Shown here: in pieces, positions 61,213 through 64,000 of the stretch
Position numbering within the stretch: the first letter of the stretch is position 1
How the letters are laid out: every line of letters starts with the position of its first letter
Source: Geopsychrobacteraceae bacterium
Lineage (GTDB): Bacteria > Desulfobacterota > Desulfuromonadia > Desulfuromonadales > Geopsychrobacteraceae
DNA length: 64,000 bases
Assembly: GCA_963662315.1 (NCBI GenBank)
Contig: OY759353.1
Location: forward strand, 3,968,001 to 4,032,000
Direction: 5' to 3'
The notes under the pieces: generated by a model
Seen by the model: only the letters and a program-made list of their open reading frames with translations
Told to the model about the DNA's origin: nothing
Databases searched by the model: none
Translations under genes and position numbers: made by a program

Positions 61213-61334
61213 ACGCTCCTCAGTCTCTCACGAAATAATCTTCTACAGGAGTAGTAACAGTAGAACGTTAATTATTGTTAATTTTGAAGCTATGGCAAGA
61301 AAAAATTTTGGAAAAATTAATTTTTAGCAAAACG

Positions 61335-62324
61335 CTAATATTTGGTTTTCAGGGCTAAATGAAAAACAACATCAGGAGCGGAATCAACGACAATGTCCTC
61401 ACTGACACCTAGGTCGAGACTGGTTTCGGTTCCTAGATCAATGGTTCCTCCCATAATCAGCTGCACTGATTCACCCAGTTCAGCAAAGGTGCTGTCGTCA
61501 TAAAAAGCACTATGGCCATCGAGCTGAAGTTTCAGCGCAACGGCCTCAAAGGTTTGCCAGGCGATACCCAGGCTGCCAAAGCCAACAACATGCCGCTGCT
61601 GGTTTGCCAGTATCTCTCCATCGGTCATCATTAACAGACCGGCGGAGGCAAAAAGTCCCACTGTTTTCTGGTTATAAAAGTGCGAACTGGATAGCCATAA
61701 TGCCAGGTCAGTACTGCCACTGCCGAGTAATTTCTTGTCATCACCGGTGGGAAGCTTAAGGCTGGAGCGCAGTGACAAGTGGTGGACATCGCCCGGTTCT
61801 CCCATTAAGCGCCAGGCTCCGGTCAAGCGCAGATCTCCCAGCCCTGATTCTTCCTCATCAACCAGGAGACTGGAGTCTTTACTCTGGTATGAATAGGTCA
61901 GCTGATCTTCCGGCAGGTCGTTGCGTTCCCCCTGGGGCAGGCCGAAGAAATCGTGCCAGTTATAAATGAAATTATCAAGGAAACCTTTACTGTGCTGGCC
62001 ATATGGCAGTTCCATCCCTATTTCAAAGTCACGCCCGATGCCATATCTGACTGCCAGGGTATAGCGGTAGCTTTCACCATCAAGGAGAATGCTCTCATTG
62101 GCACCAGTAGAGGTACTGCATAAGCTGGCAATATCGACACGCAGTTCGAATTCGGTCTGTCCTGTAGCAATGAGAGTTCCCGGCATGGTGGCGGGCAAGC
62201 CGTATATGGCAACCAGCGGGTTCTGATTAGCGGTCCTAAGAGGAGTAAGCTCCTGGGCTGCGGTGACTGAGGGCAGAAAACAGCAGGGTAAAATTATGCA
62301 TAGGAATAGTCTGACAATGAGCAT
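61335..62324 (-). CDS. Outer-membrane beta-barrel (DUF3187-like)
   Basis: Signal peptide, NQNP, D.FI.NWH.FFGLP, LKLPTGD and terminal aromatic residue. Confidence 0.75.
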   Translation of the reverse strand: MLIVRLFLCIILPCCFLPSVTAAQELTPLRTANQNPLVAIYGLPATMPGTLIATGQTEFELRVDIASLCSTSTGANESILLDGESYRYTLAVRYGIGRDFEIGMELPYGQHSKGFLDNFIYNWHDFFGLPQGERNDLPEDQLTYSYQSKDSSLLVDEEESGLGDLRLTGAWRLMGEPGDVHHLSLRSSLKLPTGDDKKLLGSGSTDLALWLSSSHFYNQKTVGLFASAGLLMMTDGEILANQQRHVVGFGSLGIAWQTFEAVALKLQLDGHSAFYDDSTFAELGESVQLIMGGTIDLGTETSLDLGVSEDIVVDSAPDVVFHLALKTKY

Positions 62325-62597
62325 TTCGCCTCCTGATGGGTTAGCAAAGAGCGCCTTAAGGATCTTTATAGCAGGTTTTCACTTGGTTGCAGGTTGTGAA
62401 TGCGTAAAAGATAAAATGATTTTTGACTTTTTGCTCTGTACGTATGATGGTATCTCTGAACTGTAAATAATTGACTTTGGATGGGGACGTTTTTTTTTTG
62501 AAGTTTGGCTATTGTTAGAATTTGCGTTTGTTGCCCTGACAGCGGTTTCTCTACAGGGAGAAGACAGAACACGTTTATTTTTTAACTGCAGGTTGCT

Positions 62598-63980
62598 ATG
62601 CATAAAAGCTCAACTAAAATATTTGACAGACAACGCCTTATTCAAACTCTCTCAATTCCCATTCTCAACTCAATTAATGACGGAGTTTTGGTTGCTGATG
62701 AGAATGGAATTATCCTTTTTACCAACCCGGAATATTCCCGAATCATAGGGGTTTCTGCGGATGAATTATTAAATAAAAGTCTGGAGGTGGTTCGGCCTGG
62801 CGCAATGCTCCCTTCTGTGATCCGAACTGGAAAAGCGCTTTCCGGAGTGTATCGAGAAGTAGGTGATACGCGATATGTTGTTGATATGGCACCTATTATC
62901 GTTGATGGAACGATAGTCGGTGGCGTGTCTATCGTCAAGAATATCACCGAGGTAAAAAAACTCTCTGAGGCCTTGGCCAATGCTGAGAAGTCCTTAAAAA
63001 ATCTGCAGGGAACCGTGGCTAATTTTTTTCGGTCTAAGTTCCAATTGCATCAGCTTAAAGGGGTCTCTGGTAAATTCAATCAAATGATTTCCCTGGCAGA
63101 AAGAGCGGCTCTTGGCGATGCCAATGTGCTGATTCTGGGGGAAAGTGGCACGGGCAAGGAGCTGATTGCCCAAGGAATTCATGCCGCAAGTCGGCGTAAA
63201 AATGGTCCTTTTATCCCGGTGAACTGCGCGGCTATTCCACACGTCTTACTGGAAAGCGAGTTGTTTGGCTACGGTGATGGTGCTTTTACCGGCGCTAAAC
63301 GTGGGGGGAAGCTGGGTCTGTTTCAGATGGCTGATAAAGGAACCTTATTCCTTGATGAAATAGGTGATATGCACTTCGATATGCAGGCAAAGTTATTGCG
63401 TATCCTGCAAGAACATAAGGTGCGCCGGGTCGGTGAGCTTCAGGAGCGGGAGTATGATGTTCGCATCATTGCCGCGACCAATCAAGATCTGGAATTAATG
63501 GTGAAGAAGGAGCGCTTTCGGGAGGATCTGTTATATCGCCTGAATGTATTTCAGCTAACGGTACCACCGCTGCGGGAAAGGAAGGAAGATATTATCGATC
63601 TCAGCTTTTATTTTGCTGGCGAATATCTTGAGGGGCAGACATTTTCTTTGTCAGGTGAAGTAAAACAGGTCTTACTCAAGTATGACTGGCCCGGGAATAT
63701 TCGGGAACTGAAGAATGTTATTGAATATGTTTGCAATATGGTCGACCGTGGTGAGTCTGTCTGCCTTTGCCACTTGCCAGAACGTTTGCGGACAATGTCA
63801 TTTTCTCAAGGCTCAGCAGGTGGATCCTTGCAGCCCTTAGCCCGGCAGGTAAAAGAGTTCGAGAAGGAACTGTTGCGCAATTTGATAACGAGAGAAGGTC
63901 AATCTCTGGAAAGTAAAAAGCGAATCTGTCGGGCTTTGGGTATTTCCTTGGCAACGCTATACCGGAAGCTGGAAGATTAG
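62598..63980 (+). CDS. sigma54-dependent activator (PAS-AAA+-HTH)
   Basis: [22 protein letters not shown] and Fis-type HTH. Confidence 0.95.
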   Translation: MHKSSTKIFDRQRLIQTLSIPILNSINDGVLVADENGIILFTNPEYSRIIGVSADELLNKSLEVVRPGAMLPSVIRTGKALSGVYREVGDTRYVVDMAPIIVDGTIVGGVSIVKNITEVKKLSEALANAEKSLKNLQGTVANFFRSKFQLHQLKGVSGKFNQMISLAERAALGDANVLILGESGTGKELIAQGIHAASRRKNGPFIPVNCAAIPHVLLESELFGYGDGAFTGAKRGGKLGLFQMADKGTLFLDEIGDMHFDMQAKLLRILQEHKVRRVGELQEREYDVRIIAATNQDLELMVKKERFREDLLYRLNVFQLTVPPLRERKEDIIDLSFYFAGEYLEGQTFSLSGEVKQVLLKYDWPGNIRELKNVIEYVCNMVDRGESVCLCHLPERLRTMSFSQGSAGGSLQPLARQVKEFEKELLRNLITREGQSLESKKRICRALGISLATLYRKLED

Positions 63981-64000
63981 TTTCTCAAATATAAGAAACC

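Overview
This is bacterial chromosomal DNA, probably from a Desulfuromonadales-like deltaproteobacterium (inferred from protein style only). The left part (1-28.3 kb) is a decayed integron cassette array on the minus strand. It has an attI-like site at ~28251-28290 with no integrase beside it, several attC sites, and cassettes whose two 7-bp ends are complementary. Three attC sites were hit by group IIC-attC introns, which survive as a 137-nt remnant, a 3' end fused to cheB, and a ~4-kb intron shell. The shell contains a hairpin-rich ~420-bp repeat, a TIR-flanked RAYT/Y1 transposase and a putative toxin-immunity pair. Larger blocks also lie inside the array: a 10-kb chemosensory operon, araC/leuA, an OYE-TetR-YciI operon, and a diguanylate cyclase plus a histidine kinase that share an unassigned N-terminal sensor domain. 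The right part (28.8-64 kb) is mostly ordinary: an HMG-CoA lyase family gene, epd, a TctABC/GntR/amidohydrolase cluster, coaE, truD, trmB, aroF, priA, mltA, aceE-aceF-lpdA, a RelA/SpoT-domain gene, an MCP and a sigma54 activator. No rRNA, tRNA or CRISPR array was seen. All product calls come from motif recognition by eye, without database searches.
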